Positions 29,098 through 39,400 of a stretch of DNA of 64,000 nt are shown one piece after another. Position 1 is the stretch's first letter, and each line of letters opens with the position of its first letter. This DNA is from OCS116 cluster bacterium AG-435-F03 (GTDB lineage Bacteria; Pseudomonadota; Alphaproteobacteria; MED-G09): NCBI GenBank assembly GCA_003212795.1, contig QCOV01000004.1, forward strand, positions 11,762 to 75,761, in the 5' to 3' direction. The position numbers and the translations under genes were made by a program. A model generated the notes under the pieces. It saw only the letters and a list, made by a program, of their open reading frames with translations. It did not search any database and was not told the DNA's origin.

Positions 29098-30248
29098 ATT
29101 TCACTCCTCGTAATTACTGGAAATAGTTTAACTCCATTACTTATTTCTTTCGATAGATAATTCATAAATAACCCTGGATCAATAATTCCTGACTCTGGAG
29201 CATGAACACCAGAACTATCAATCAGCCCATCAATGAGCATTTTTACTCCACATGCTAAAGGAAAGGAAGTGGCTTCCCCCATTGATAGATCCATAATATC
29301 TCCATCAATAGTTACGCCAACTGAAATCTTTTGACCATTCCTATTTCCCTCAGCATAACCAAAGACTGGCGGTAAATGTAATTTTTCTGTTTTTTGCTTT
29401 GGGGTGGTCGATCCTTCCATCCATGTAAGAATCCTTGCAGCCATATTTTTTGTCAGAAGATTCATCTCAATTAAAAACCTTATAAACCTCAAGGTTGCAA
29501 TAAATCCTCTTTCTTCACCATGCATTATGTTTAATGACTCATTAATATTTGGATAATGGTAAGGAAAACTTATTGCTTCAGGATGGCCAAATATATTTGC
29601 TTTAAATTCTCCTAATTCTGGATAATGAATTTTTACTTCTGTTAAAGGTCTTTCCATTTGATATTTTCCATCTTTAAATACCTTAACTTTTCCAATCATT
29701 TGTTCGATAGCATGAACCATAGCTGCATTAACCCCTTTTTGTGATGATATAGGCTCTGGTTTAGCTGAGGACATATCCCATCCTGTATAAACTTTTGAAA
29801 TATCATCAAGCTCAAGCATAGCCATATAAGCAAGGATATTTGTTAAACCAGGACTAGCACCTAATCCTAAGATTGCTGTAATTCCAGCGTTTTTTGCCTG
29901 ATCATCTAAGAGAAACATTTTTTCAGTCGGCTCCCAATCATCACAAATATCAAAATAATGACAATTTGTTACTATTGAAGCTCTTAGAATTGGTTCTGCA
30001 AATTTAAAAAAAGGACCAGTAGTATTAACTACTATATCGACTTCAGACATAACCTCTAATAAAGATTCATGTTTTGTAACATCTAATCCTATGCCCTCTA
30101 CCTTATCACCAAAACTTAATGAAAAATCTTTTGCAGCATCAGCGTTGATATCAGCTACATAAATTTTTTTTATTTTAGAGTGTTTATATAAAGACTGAAC
30201 AGCATATCTTCCCATTCCACCACTGCCCCCTAATGCTAAAACCTTCAT
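29094..30248 (-). CDS. Saccharopine dehydrogenase-like oxidoreductase
   Basis: LGGSGGMG, NTTGPF, YFDICDD, GLGASPGLTN, GHPE. Confidence 0.85.
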   Translation of the reverse strand: MKVLALGGSGGMGRYAVQSLYKHSKIKKIYVADINADAAKDFSLSFGDKVEGIGLDVTKHESLLEVMSEVDIVVNTTGPFFKFAEPILRASIVTNCHYFDICDDWEPTEKMFLLDDQAKNAGITAILGLGASPGLTNILAYMAMLELDDISKVYTGWDMSSAKPEPISSQKGVNAAMVHAIEQMIGKVKVFKDGKYQMERPLTEVKIHYPELGEFKANIFGHPEAISFPYHYPNINESLNIMHGEERGFIATLRFIRFLIEMNLLTKNMAARILTWMEGSTTPKQKTEKLHLPPVFGYAEGNRNGQKISVGVTIDGDIMDLSMGEATSFPLACGVKMLIDGLIDSSGVHAPESGIIDPGLFMNYLSKEISNGVKLFPVITRSEI

Positions 30249-30269
30249 ATCTTACCTCTTTATCATTAT

Positions 30270-30707
30270 TTATAAGTTTTTTTGACTTCCCAAATTAAAT
30301 ACGGGTCGTGTTACTGAGTAAGCCCAATAGAAAAATAAAAATTGTAGCACAAGACGAAAATAAAGGATTTCAATTGGAATATCTGGAAATGCCTCTGGAG
30401 AAATAGCCATATAAATATTAGCTGGATAAACAGCAATTAGTAGAGCAACTAAACCCCATCCCGCTATTTTTCGAAAGCGAGGAATTAAAACACCAATACC
30501 TGCAGCTATTTCAAAAAAACCACTTATATATACTGCCTCTTCATGTAATGGAAATGATGGAGGCATAATAGATAAATAAAAATCTGGATTAATAAAATGA
30601 TCCACACCAAAATAGATAAAAAAAGCAGACAGCCCAAACAAAACAAGCTTTTTCCATAAACCTAAGGGTAGTTTGAGGGCAATTGAAATATCATATAACA
30701 TGTTCAT
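30270..30707 (-). CDS. DoxX-like membrane protein
   Basis: GVDHF, SGFFEI, AVYPANIYMA. Confidence 0.8.
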   Translation of the reverse strand: MNMLYDISIALKLPLGLWKKLVLFGLSAFFIYFGVDHFINPDFYLSIMPPSFPLHEEAVYISGFFEIAAGIGVLIPRFRKIAGWGLVALLIAVYPANIYMAISPEAFPDIPIEILYFRLVLQFLFFYWAYSVTRPVFNLGSQKNL

Positions 30708-30709
30708 TC

Positions 30710-31507
30710 TTATAAATTAGAAAGAATTGTCTTAACATCATACTCGTCATCACCATCATATCGTGGTGCATATTTTTTATAAGCCTGGGTTATCTCATTA
30801 ATTCGCTTTTCAATATGAACAGTATTATAAGCGTGTGATACTATTATATGCTCTTCGTTTTTAATCTGTTCCTTAACAATTTCAGCAAACTTATCAGCAT
30901 TCATTCCACCTTCCACTTGACCTGTAAGAGGTGTATCTACATATCCAGGAAATATTGTTCCTACATGAATAAAATCTGGAAGATCGTTCCTTAGGCTCTC
31001 ACTTAACCCAAGAACTGCGTGTTTAGAAGCAACATATGCAACTGAATTAGGCACTGCAACAAACAATGAATTTTCAGAGCCTAAGTTATAAATTGCTGCT
31101 TTCGTTCCCTGCTCAATCATTTTTTTACTAAAAACCGAGCATCCTTGCCATACTCCGAAAAAATTAACATCAAAAACTTTTTTAGCTTCTTCAATATCTA
31201 CCTTATCAATCCTTCCTCGAGCACCAGAAATTCCTGCATTGTTAATCAACATATCTACACGTCCATAACGCTCGCAGGTAAAATCAGCGAATTTTTCAAC
31301 ACTTTTCAGATCGGTAACATCTAAATGAGTTTTATCGGCATCAATATTAAGGTTTTTTAATATATCTATAGCTTCTTGAAGTTTTTCTTCTCTAGTTTCC
31401 CCAATAACTATTTTAGCTCCCTCAGATCCGAAAGCTTTGGCAAGAGCAAAACCAATTCCGGTAGCGCCGCCTGTTATAGCAATAATCTTGTCTTTTAAGT
31501 CTTTCAT
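30710..31507 (-). CDS. Classical SDR oxidoreductase
   Basis: TGGATGIG, NNAG, YVASK. Confidence 0.9.
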   Translation of the reverse strand: MKDLKDKIIAITGGATGIGFALAKAFGSEGAKIVIGETREEKLQEAIDILKNLNIDADKTHLDVTDLKSVEKFADFTCERYGRVDMLINNAGISGARGRIDKVDIEEAKKVFDVNFFGVWQGCSVFSKKMIEQGTKAAIYNLGSENSLFVAVPNSVAYVASKHAVLGLSESLRNDLPDFIHVGTIFPGYVDTPLTGQVEGGMNADKFAEIVKEQIKNEEHIIVSHAYNTVHIEKRINEITQAYKKYAPRYDGDDEYDVKTILSNL

Positions 31508-31512
31508 GAAAA

Positions 31513-33252
31513 TTAGCTATTAAGAGCTATTTCTCTTTTTTCATTACTTCTTCGCACTAATTTTCCTGGAAGCGCTCCTGTATGAACACCATTATCAAAG
31601 ATAACTTCGCCAGCTTTAACGGTTATTTCATAACCTTCAGGTTTTTGAACTAATCTTCTTCCACCTGCAGGTAAATCAAATATTGCTTCGGGTCTATGCA
31701 GTCTCATTGAATCAAAATCGATGATATTGATATCAGCAATTTTTCCTTCTTTAATGTAACCTCTATCAAACATGCCAAATGCTTCTGCAGTACTTGATGT
31801 AAGAGACTTTACAATAAATTCTAATGATAATTTATCACCGCGAGTTCTATCTCGACCCCAATGCGTCATTATAAATGTAGGCATGCCAGCATCTGCAATC
31901 ACTCCACAATGGGCTCCTCCATCGCTTAGTCCAAATAACACATTTGGATGTTCCAGTAATTTTTTGTGAGGTTCCAAATCATATGTATGGTATCCACCTA
32001 AAGGCTGATAAAAAAGCTCTTTTCCTTCTCCTTGAATAAGTAGGTCATACATAACCTCCATAACATCTAAATTACGTTCTAGCGCAATTCCAGCTACACT
32101 ATCTTTAAACTCAGGTTCATAATTTGGTTTTTCACCTAGTGGAAAAACTTGACCCATTAAAGATGGTAAATCCTGTAGTAATTCATTTTTGATAGTAGTT
32201 TCTTCAGCAAGAATTTTCTTTTTTGTCTCTGGATCACGTAATCTCGCTAATAATTCATCATGATCAAGGGATGCAAGTTCATCTTTCCAAGTTGGGTGCC
32301 CAACAAATGCATGAAAACTTGACTGAAGACCATGTAATACGCCAGTAGGTCTTCCGGCAGCTTGCGGCCTAATTTCATGTCCCTCAAGGCGTGCTTGCTC
32401 AGCAAGATTATACATCTTATTGTTTTTATAAGCAGGAGCAGTTGTTGCGATCAAAGTTACAGTTAAACCTGTCTGCTTCTGAAAATCCTTAACCCATTCC
32501 CATTCTTCATCTTCGCCTAAATGATCTGATACTAACTCAAAAACCGAGTTATTTAGACCCTTCATTCCTAAGCCAAGTGCCAACATTTCCTCATTTCCAG
32601 AAAAAGTTCCAGGCATATACTCCCCATTAATGTCTTTATGTAATAATGTTTTGGAGCTAGAAAAACCTAATGCTCCAGCCTCTACACCCTCTCTAACTAA
32701 TTCAGCCATCTGAACTACTTCATCTTTAGTTGGAGCATAATCTGAATTACAACGCTCCCCCATTACATATGCACGTATTGCTCCATGGGGGACTTGGGTT
32801 GCAACATCAATTGCTCTAGGAAAAGACTCTAACGCATCAAGATATTCAGGAAAACTCTCCCATTGCCAATCAATACCTTCAGATAGAGCAGCGCCCGGAA
32901 TATCCTCAACTCCCTCCATTAATTCAATAAGGAAATCCCTATCCTTTGGTTTAACAGGCGCAAAACCTACACCGCAGTTACCCATAACCACTGTTGTTAC
33001 ACCATGCCAACTTGATGGCGCTAAAACTGGATCCCAAGTAGCTTGGCCATCATAATGAGTATGAACATCAACCCATCCAGGTGTCACTAGCTTACCTTCA
33101 GCATCTATCTCTTTATCGGCAGGCTCGTTAATTTCTCCTACACTAGCTATTTTGCCATCTTTTATAGCAATATCAGCAACATAACGATCATTTCCTGTGC
33201 CATCAATAATAGTGCCGTTTCTAATAATTAAGTCGTACATAGGGCTCTCCAA
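31513..33252 (-). CDS. N-acyl-D-amino-acid deacylase-family amidohydrolase
   Basis: PGWVDVHTHYD, HGVTTVVMGNCG, SDGGAH. Confidence 0.9.
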   Translation of the reverse strand: MESPMYDLIIRNGTIIDGTGNDRYVADIAIKDGKIASVGEINEPADKEIDAEGKLVTPGWVDVHTHYDGQATWDPVLAPSSWHGVTTVVMGNCGVGFAPVKPKDRDFLIELMEGVEDIPGAALSEGIDWQWESFPEYLDALESFPRAIDVATQVPHGAIRAYVMGERCNSDYAPTKDEVVQMAELVREGVEAGALGFSSSKTLLHKDINGEYMPGTFSGNEEMLALGLGMKGLNNSVFELVSDHLGEDEEWEWVKDFQKQTGLTVTLIATTAPAYKNNKMYNLAEQARLEGHEIRPQAAGRPTGVLHGLQSSFHAFVGHPTWKDELASLDHDELLARLRDPETKKKILAEETTIKNELLQDLPSLMGQVFPLGEKPNYEPEFKDSVAGIALERNLDVMEVMYDLLIQGEGKELFYQPLGGYHTYDLEPHKKLLEHPNVLFGLSDGGAHCGVIADAGMPTFIMTHWGRDRTRGDKLSLEFIVKSLTSSTAEAFGMFDRGYIKEGKIADINIIDFDSMRLHRPEAIFDLPAGGRRLVQKPEGYEITVKAGEVIFDNGVHTGALPGKLVRRSNEKREIALNS

Positions 33253-33343
33253 TTAATTTTTTTAACAAAATATCATTTGGTTAAAATTGTATCAAGAAAA
33301 TATATTAAAACTAGTTTAAGCAAGAATTACTAGAGTCAAAGAA

Positions 33344-33550
33344 TTATTTATATTTTTCCCTTCTATCAGAAAATTCTCTAACTCTTTTTCTCCATGATTT
33401 ATATGAACGAGATTTTAAGTTTTCTCTCATTAGTTTTTTAACATCCTTTTCGCCAATCCCATAAATTGATTTAATATTATCAAAAGTAGCGTGATCAGAT
33501 AAAGCTAATTCAATAATTTCACTTTTCTCACTTTCTGAAAATTTCTTCAT
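33344..33550 (-). CDS. Small conserved protein, TIGR03643/DUF2805-like
   Basis: IIELALSD...F..I...YG..E..VKKLMRENLK..SY..WRKRV. Confidence 0.75.
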   Translation of the reverse strand: MKKFSESEKSEIIELALSDHATFDNIKSIYGIGEKDVKKLMRENLKSRSYKSWRKRVREFSDRREKYK

Positions 33551-33592
33551 TATCTTATTTATAGTTTTCTTAAATTAGATTTTTTAAATAGG

Positions 33593-34246
33593 TCATCTGT
33601 TTAAAATCTTGTATGATCGACTCATAGCAATCTCTTTTAAATTATCGTCAGGATTTACAACTATTGGATCTCCACAAGCTTCAAACATTGGAAGATCATT
33701 TATTGAGTCAGAATAAAAAATTGAATCTTCAATTTTTAAATTATTTTCAGAACACCAATTCTTAACAGCCTTAACTTTTCCTTCACTAAATGTTGGTTCA
33801 CCCGATAAGCTACCTGTAAAGATATCTTTTTTTATTTCAACTGGTGTCCCAATGCTAAATTCTATTCCAAAATATTCAGCAAAACCTTTTACAAGAAAAT
33901 CATGTGATCCCGATGCAATAAGAACTTTGTCTGCAGACTTTGCCTCTTTTAAAAGGTCAGTAGTAAGGTCATCTGTTAAATCATCAATATTCTTTTTAAT
34001 AAATTCATCCACTAAATTTTCTACTGTAGTGATATCTAAATTTTTGAGAGGTGCCTGAATATAGCTTGAGTATTCATCAAAATTCAGAATGCCCTTCCTG
34101 TAGTCGCTATCAAATTGATTAAGTTTTGATGAGTGCTCATCGCCACCTAATAACCCTTTAATAACCAGAAAATTTATCCACCCTGCTTCGCAATCCCCGC
34201 ATAATAAAGTGTCATCTAAGTCAAAAATTATAAATTTCATTTTCAA
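33593..34246 (-). CDS. HAD-superfamily IB phosphatase
   Basis: FDLDDTL; YSDSINDLPM; VNPD. Confidence 0.9.
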   Translation of the reverse strand: MKMKFIIFDLDDTLLCGDCEAGWINFLVIKGLLGGDEHSSKLNQFDSDYRKGILNFDEYSSYIQAPLKNLDITTVENLVDEFIKKNIDDLTDDLTTDLLKEAKSADKVLIASGSHDFLVKGFAEYFGIEFSIGTPVEIKKDIFTGSLSGEPTFSEGKVKAVKNWCSENNLKIEDSIFYSDSINDLPMFEACGDPIVVNPDDNLKEIAMSRSYKILNR

Positions 34247-34257
34247 TCAACAAAAGT

Positions 34258-35046
34258 TCAAATATTTAATTTATCTTTATACCAATCAAGATATGTTCCT
34301 ATTACTAAGGAAAACTCCTCTCTTTTAGCTAAAGAGAATAAGTGTGTAAATGTTTTTGGATATTCATCTTTAAAATTATTAGCTACTAAATCAAAGCCTC
34401 TATCTTTTAAAACATCCTCATAATGCCCTTCTCTCAAAAATTGAGCAACATCACAAACAAAAGATATATCTGCGATACTCAAATTTTCACCAGATATAAA
34501 AGGACTCTCATTCAAAGCTTGCTCAATTCCAGATAAGTAAAATTCATAAGCCGCAGAAACTCTTTCATATCCTTCTTTGCTTACATTTTCATAATCCAAC
34601 ATATAAACTTGAGCTTCCCTTGCAAAAACTAGGTTTGCATCAAGGAAACTATCAATTCTTGAAGCTTGATATTCGTTTTCGCCATATAAATTAAACTCTT
34701 TACCTACCCTTGCAACAGCTCTTAATATACTATTAGACTCGAATATACCAATATCTCCATCTGGACTAAATGCAGCCGGTACTGTTCCAAAAGGATGAGC
34801 CTTTAAAAATGAGTCTGTTTTATATAAAACTCCTGAAAAACCTCTTTTGCCTTTCCTAGCATATTTATGATCGGGATTTTTTTCCTTTTCATCCAAAATC
34901 TTAGGGTTAAAATCCCAAAGCCATGAACCAAGGTTAGATGGTTTATCACCTATAACTTCAACCTCTACTCCACATATTTTTCCTGCAATAATAGCTTTCC
35001 AGACACGTGGATTAGGAATATATGAAAATATTTTTAATTTATACAT
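34258..35046 (-). CDS. Glutathione S-transferase-like protein (EF1B-gamma-like)
   Basis: PFGTVPA, GIFESNSILR, LSIADI. Confidence 0.8.
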   Translation of the reverse strand: MYKLKIFSYIPNPRVWKAIIAGKICGVEVEVIGDKPSNLGSWLWDFNPKILDEKEKNPDHKYARKGKRGFSGVLYKTDSFLKAHPFGTVPAAFSPDGDIGIFESNSILRAVARVGKEFNLYGENEYQASRIDSFLDANLVFAREAQVYMLDYENVSKEGYERVSAAYEFYLSGIEQALNESPFISGENLSIADISFVCDVAQFLREGHYEDVLKDRGFDLVANNFKDEYPKTFTHLFSLAKREEFSLVIGTYLDWYKDKLNI

Positions 35047-35057
35047 TTTTTAACTAG

Positions 35058-35543
35058 TTAACGAACAACAAAACTACCAAATATATATTTTCCATCATCT
35101 TGTATTCCTGATTCACCAATAGGTCTACCTACTGCACTAGGAACATTTCCAACATAAAGTTGATAAGAGCCTGGTTTAATTGGAACAAGGCTAACATGTG
35201 CGGAGCCTATTTCGTCACATTCAATTGCGTTAAAGCTTAAACCCTGAAGATGGACTTCAATATCACCAACAGTTACCAATCTAAGATGGGAATTATGTAA
35301 AAGTTCTAACATTTCTATACGCCAGCCTGTTAAATCATCTCTAACATCAGGACAGTTAATATTTAGACGATAGTATTTACCAGTTATAAGTTTAATTTGT
35401 TCTGGAGCAATTTTAGGATATCCATCATTTAAAGTTGTTATAGTGATATCTATTTCTTCTGGAGGATATTTTGCAAGATTACCAGATGATTCTGAGATTA
35501 AGGGATAAAGTGAGATAGCGAAAATAATTAAAAGTTTTTTCAT
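35058..35543 (-). CDS. Secreted hypothetical protein, possibly cupredoxin-like fold
   Basis: Signal peptide; L.TGKYYRL and VPIKPGSY beta-strand patterns. Confidence 0.5.
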   Translation of the reverse strand: MKKLLIIFAISLYPLISESSGNLAKYPPEEIDITITTLNDGYPKIAPEQIKLITGKYYRLNINCPDVRDDLTGWRIEMLELLHNSHLRLVTVGDIEVHLQGLSFNAIECDEIGSAHVSLVPIKPGSYQLYVGNVPSAVGRPIGESGIQDDGKYIFGSFVVR

Positions 35544-35660
35544 AATAATTATTTAATAATTTTTTTTAGTTAGATGCAAATTATTCCACCTATATTGATT
35601 ATTGAAAATTATTAAAAGCTAGTTCATGATAACATTTCATTAGTTTTTTAATGGGATAAA

Positions 35661-37292
35661 ATGGAAGAAAATTTTGATTACATAATTGTAGGTGCTGGAA
35701 GTGCTGGTTGCGTATTAGCCAATAAATTATCAGATAACGATAAAAACTCTGTTCTTCTTATTGAGGCAGGAGGAAAGGATACAAACTTATTTATCCATAT
35801 GCCTTCTGGATATTCACAAATTGTTCCTAAATCAAACAAGCAAAATTATGGTTTCGAAACTGAACCAGAAAGCAATACAGCTGGAAGAAAATTATATTGG
35901 CCCAGAGGAAGGGGATGGGGTGGGTCATCATCAATTAATGCAATGATTTATACGCGAGGACATTCCTCGGATTATGATCATTGGAGACAGCTTGGTAATC
36001 CTGGTTGGTCTTATGATGATGTATTACCCTACTTTAAAAGAGCTGAAAACTATGAAGGCGATGGTGATGAAGAATTTCACGGGCAAGGTGGTCCACTAAA
36101 TGTAAAAAAATCAACAAGAGAAGATGATATTCTTTTGGATAAGTTTGTTGAAGCCGGCAAACAAGCAGGTTTCCCTTTAACAAATGATTTTAATGGAAAA
36201 CAGCAAGAAGGTTTTTCGCGTTATGAGCATACCATAAAAGGATCTAAAAGATTTAGTTCAGCAAGAGCCTATCTTTATCCTGCGTTAAATAGAAAAAATT
36301 TACATACCAAGACAAATATAACAGTAGATAAAGTTATATTTAAAAATAAAAAAGCAATTGGAGTAGAATATTTAGAAAAAGGTAAAAAGATTCTTAGCAC
36401 TTGTAATAGAGAGGTAATTTTATCCTCAGGCGCAGTAAATTCTCCACAAATATTATTGAGAAGTGGAATTGGAGATCCTGAAGAAATGAAAAAACATGGA
36501 ATTCAAGTTAATCACGAGCTCAAAGGTGTAGGAAAAAATTTACAGGATCATTTTGCTGTAGTTAGTCAATTTGCTTGTACACAACCAGTAACTCTTCATA
36601 GATCGGCAGGCTTTTTTAGTACAATGCTAGCTGGCGCAAAATATTTAATAACAGGAACTGGTGATGCCGCAAATCCACCCTGTGTTGGTGGTGCTTTTAT
36701 AAAATCACAACCTGAAAAAGAAATACCTGATATTCAAATACATTATGTATCAATTGCAATGCAAGATGTTCATGGTAGAGAAGGCGTCCCTCTAGAACAT
36801 GGTTTTTCTAATCTTGTTTATTTATGCAGACCTCAAAGTAGAGGACATATAACACTTAAGAGTTCCGATCCAAATGATGCCCCACTAATGTATCCAAATT
36901 ATTTTTCTGTAGAACAAGACCTAATTGATACTAGAAATGGACTTAGAGAAGCCCGTAGAGTCTTTATGCAGCCTGTTTTTGATGAGTTTAGGGGAGAGGA
37001 ACTTAAACCAGGATCAAATATAGATATAAATGATGATGATGAATTAGATAATTGGATAAGAGAAACTGGCGAAACACTCTATCATCCGGTTGGAACATGT
37101 AAAATGGGCATAGATGAACTTGCCGTAACTAATGAACATGGTCAAGTTCATGGAATTGAGTCTCTAAGAGTTGTTGATGCATCATTAATGCCTAGCTTGA
37201 TTGCTGGAAACACAAATGCACCAACAATTATGATAGCTGAAAAAATATCTGATCATATTAATGGAAAATCATTCTTATCGAAAGAAAACTAG
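35661..37292 (+). CDS. GMC oxidoreductase (choline dehydrogenase-like)
   Basis: GAGSAG, PRGRGWGGSSSINAM, GVGKNLQDH, YHPVGTCKMG, GNTNAPTIMIAEK. Confidence 0.92.
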   Translation: MEENFDYIIVGAGSAGCVLANKLSDNDKNSVLLIEAGGKDTNLFIHMPSGYSQIVPKSNKQNYGFETEPESNTAGRKLYWPRGRGWGGSSSINAMIYTRGHSSDYDHWRQLGNPGWSYDDVLPYFKRAENYEGDGDEEFHGQGGPLNVKKSTREDDILLDKFVEAGKQAGFPLTNDFNGKQQEGFSRYEHTIKGSKRFSSARAYLYPALNRKNLHTKTNITVDKVIFKNKKAIGVEYLEKGKKILSTCNREVILSSGAVNSPQILLRSGIGDPEEMKKHGIQVNHELKGVGKNLQDHFAVVSQFACTQPVTLHRSAGFFSTMLAGAKYLITGTGDAANPPCVGGAFIKSQPEKEIPDIQIHYVSIAMQDVHGREGVPLEHGFSNLVYLCRPQSRGHITLKSSDPNDAPLMYPNYFSVEQDLIDTRNGLREARRVFMQPVFDEFRGEELKPGSNIDINDDDELDNWIRETGETLYHPVGTCKMGIDELAVTNEHGQVHGIESLRVVDASLMPSLIAGNTNAPTIMIAEKISDHINGKSFLSKEN

Positions 37293-37310
37293 AGAATTAA
37301 TAAGTATTTA

Positions 37311-37931
37311 TTATGATTTTTGAGGATTTATACCTCTAAAAGTACTGTAATATTTTTGAATATAGGCTAAATCTTCTTCACTATTGCCAGTAGGGTTAAA
37401 GATATTTCCTATTTCTATACTTTTAGTTGGCGCATCAATAGAAATTAATAAAATTTTTGAATGTGTTTGTTTGGCTATTCTCAAAAAACCTGTTTTCCAT
37501 CTCTTTACCTTCTTTCTAGTTCCCTCAGGGGTCATAGCAATAACAATACTTCTTTCTTTTTTAACTATATTTACAACATTCTCGATTAATGATGACGGAT
37601 TATCTCTATAAACAGGAATACCACCAAGCCACTCAAAAAACTTTTTAAAACCAGGTTTAAATATTGAGTGTTTTCCAAGCCATCTTACCTTAATATTCAA
37701 ACCAAAAATTGCTAACATAGCCAAAATAAAATCCCAATTTGATGTATGAGGAGCAGCAATTATCACTATTCTCTCTTCATCAGGAACCTTTCCCTTTATA
37801 GTCCAGCCAGATATATTTATTCCAAATCTAGCAATTTTTCTTAATATTTTAGATCGACTACCTCTCAATCTTTCAGGTATTTGACTTTCAGAAATTCTTA
37901 TAATTTTTCTTATCACTTTACTCCCGCTCAA
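37311..37931 (-). CDS. PlsC-family lysophospholipid acyltransferase (start possibly GTG at 37916)
   Basis: APHTSNWD, GGIPVYR, PEGTR, WKTGF. Confidence 0.88.
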   Translation of the reverse strand: MSGSKVIRKIIRISESQIPERLRGSRSKILRKIARFGINISGWTIKGKVPDEERIVIIAAPHTSNWDFILAMLAIFGLNIKVRWLGKHSIFKPGFKKFFEWLGGIPVYRDNPSSLIENVVNIVKKERSIVIAMTPEGTRKKVKRWKTGFLRIAKQTHSKILLISIDAPTKSIEIGNIFNPTGNSEEDLAYIQKYYSTFRGINPQKS

Positions 37932-37933
37932 TA
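37913..37933 (-). repeat. guaA-3'-like att site, copy 4 (degenerate)
   Basis: Minus strand TATTGAGCGGGAGTAAAGTGA, 19/21 identical to TATTGAGTGGGAATAAAGTGA at the guaA stop. Confidence 0.7.
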
Positions 37934-37959
37934 TATTTCTGTGGGTATTTAATTATGGA

Positions 37960-39372
37960 TTAAAAATCCAAAACATATAATCCACCATAAATATAATCAC
38001 CTTTTTCTTTTCTTAGTTTAAATTTTTCAAAAAATATCATTTTAAAATTAAATTTTTTACAAAGACCCTCAATATATTTTTTTGAGTGGGAATAACGCCC
38101 TGAAGTTTCAAGGGTAAAACCATCTGATTCACTATTATGCTCAGTAGTAAATGCAAATTTACCGCTAGACCTATTTCTTGATTTAATAAGACGAAAAATT
38201 TCCGTTACATCACCAATATAAATAAAAACATCAGTTGATACAAAAACATCAAAATTAATATTTTTATTTTTTAAATAAGACTCAATATCCTCAATAATAA
38301 GATCATCATATACATTTTTTAATTTAGCTTTTTGTATCATTTTTCTGGATAGATCGACACCTATTATTTTTTTAGCAAAACCAGAAATCTGCTCTCCAAC
38401 GAGTCCTGTGCCACAACCTAAGTCTAATACTGATCCAAGAGATTTATCAAAAAACCTATTAATTAATATATTACTAATAAGTTTATGAGCATTATATTCA
38501 AGCTCATTTACTAAATTATTTTCAAAACTTGTGGCGTATTGATCAAATAATCTTTCTACATATTCTCTTGGTGGGCTTGATGTTGTCTTACCTTCTAGAG
38601 CAGATAGAAGATGTTGAGCCTCCAATTGTAATTGTTGAGAATCTATATTGTCCGGCTTAATTGAACTTACTTTTTTATAACATTCTATAGCATCTTCTAA
38701 TTTACCTAAATAATTATAGATTGAACCTAAATTATTATATGCTTTATAATTATTTGGCATTATATTTATAGCTCTTTTATTCCAATTTATGGCTTCTTGA
38801 TAATTTCCAAGATCTTTAAAAGTTAAGGCCAAATTGTTAAAAGCCTCAATATAATCGTTTTTTATATCAATCGCTTTAAGATACATATTTTTGGCCTCTT
38901 CATATCTTGTCAAACTCCTTAGAACATTACCTAAATTATAATAGGCAAAAGGAAAATTTGCTTTTATATTAATAGCCCGTAAAAGATTAGATTCAGCATC
39001 TTTAAATTTTTCTAATCTGTGCTCTACAACACCAAGATTACAATATGCATCAGCAAAGTTTGGATTAAGTGAGATTGCTTTTTTATAACTTTCTTCCGCA
39101 CTAGATAATTTTTGAAGTTTATCTAAAACATTTGCATAGTTAAAATGTAACTCACAATCATCTGAATTTAAAAAAATTAGTTTTTTATAAATAATTGCAG
39201 ATTCTTCTAGCAAACCCTCTTTATTGAGCAATGAACTCATTACTTTTAAAACAAAAGGATGATCGGGATAATCCCGTAATAGTGATTGAGCAAGAATTTT
39301 AGTACGAGCATAATTTTTATTACGATAAAGATGAAAAAGTTTTTCAATTTTTTTTTGAGATAATTTTTTCAT
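37960..39372 (-). CDS. TPR-repeat protein with C-terminal SAM-dependent methyltransferase (COG4976-like)
   Basis: Multiple TPRs (AYCNLG, AYYNLG, AFNNLA, AYNNLG); YVERLFDQYA..F; LDLGCGTG; DVFIYIGD; GRYSHS. ATG at 39372 preferred over GTG at 39384. Confidence 0.88.
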   Translation of the reverse strand: MKKLSQKKIEKLFHLYRNKNYARTKILAQSLLRDYPDHPFVLKVMSSLLNKEGLLEESAIIYKKLIFLNSDDCELHFNYANVLDKLQKLSSAEESYKKAISLNPNFADAYCNLGVVEHRLEKFKDAESNLLRAINIKANFPFAYYNLGNVLRSLTRYEEAKNMYLKAIDIKNDYIEAFNNLALTFKDLGNYQEAINWNKRAINIMPNNYKAYNNLGSIYNYLGKLEDAIECYKKVSSIKPDNIDSQQLQLEAQHLLSALEGKTTSSPPREYVERLFDQYATSFENNLVNELEYNAHKLISNILINRFFDKSLGSVLDLGCGTGLVGEQISGFAKKIIGVDLSRKMIQKAKLKNVYDDLIIEDIESYLKNKNINFDVFVSTDVFIYIGDVTEIFRLIKSRNRSSGKFAFTTEHNSESDGFTLETSGRYSHSKKYIEGLCKKFNFKMIFFEKFKLRKEKGDYIYGGLYVLDF

Positions 39373-39374
39373 GC

Positions 39375-39397
39375 TCACTCCCACTCAGTAATAACCC
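39375..39397 (-). repeat. guaA-3'-like att site, copy 3
   Basis: Minus strand GGGTTATTACT-GAGTGGG-AGTGA; shares the GGTTATTA flank with copy 2. Confidence 0.75.
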
Positions 39398-39400
39398 AAT

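Noticed and set aside
35661..37292. Assignment as betA
   Set aside because: GMC motifs do not define the substrate and no betB/betI is nearby
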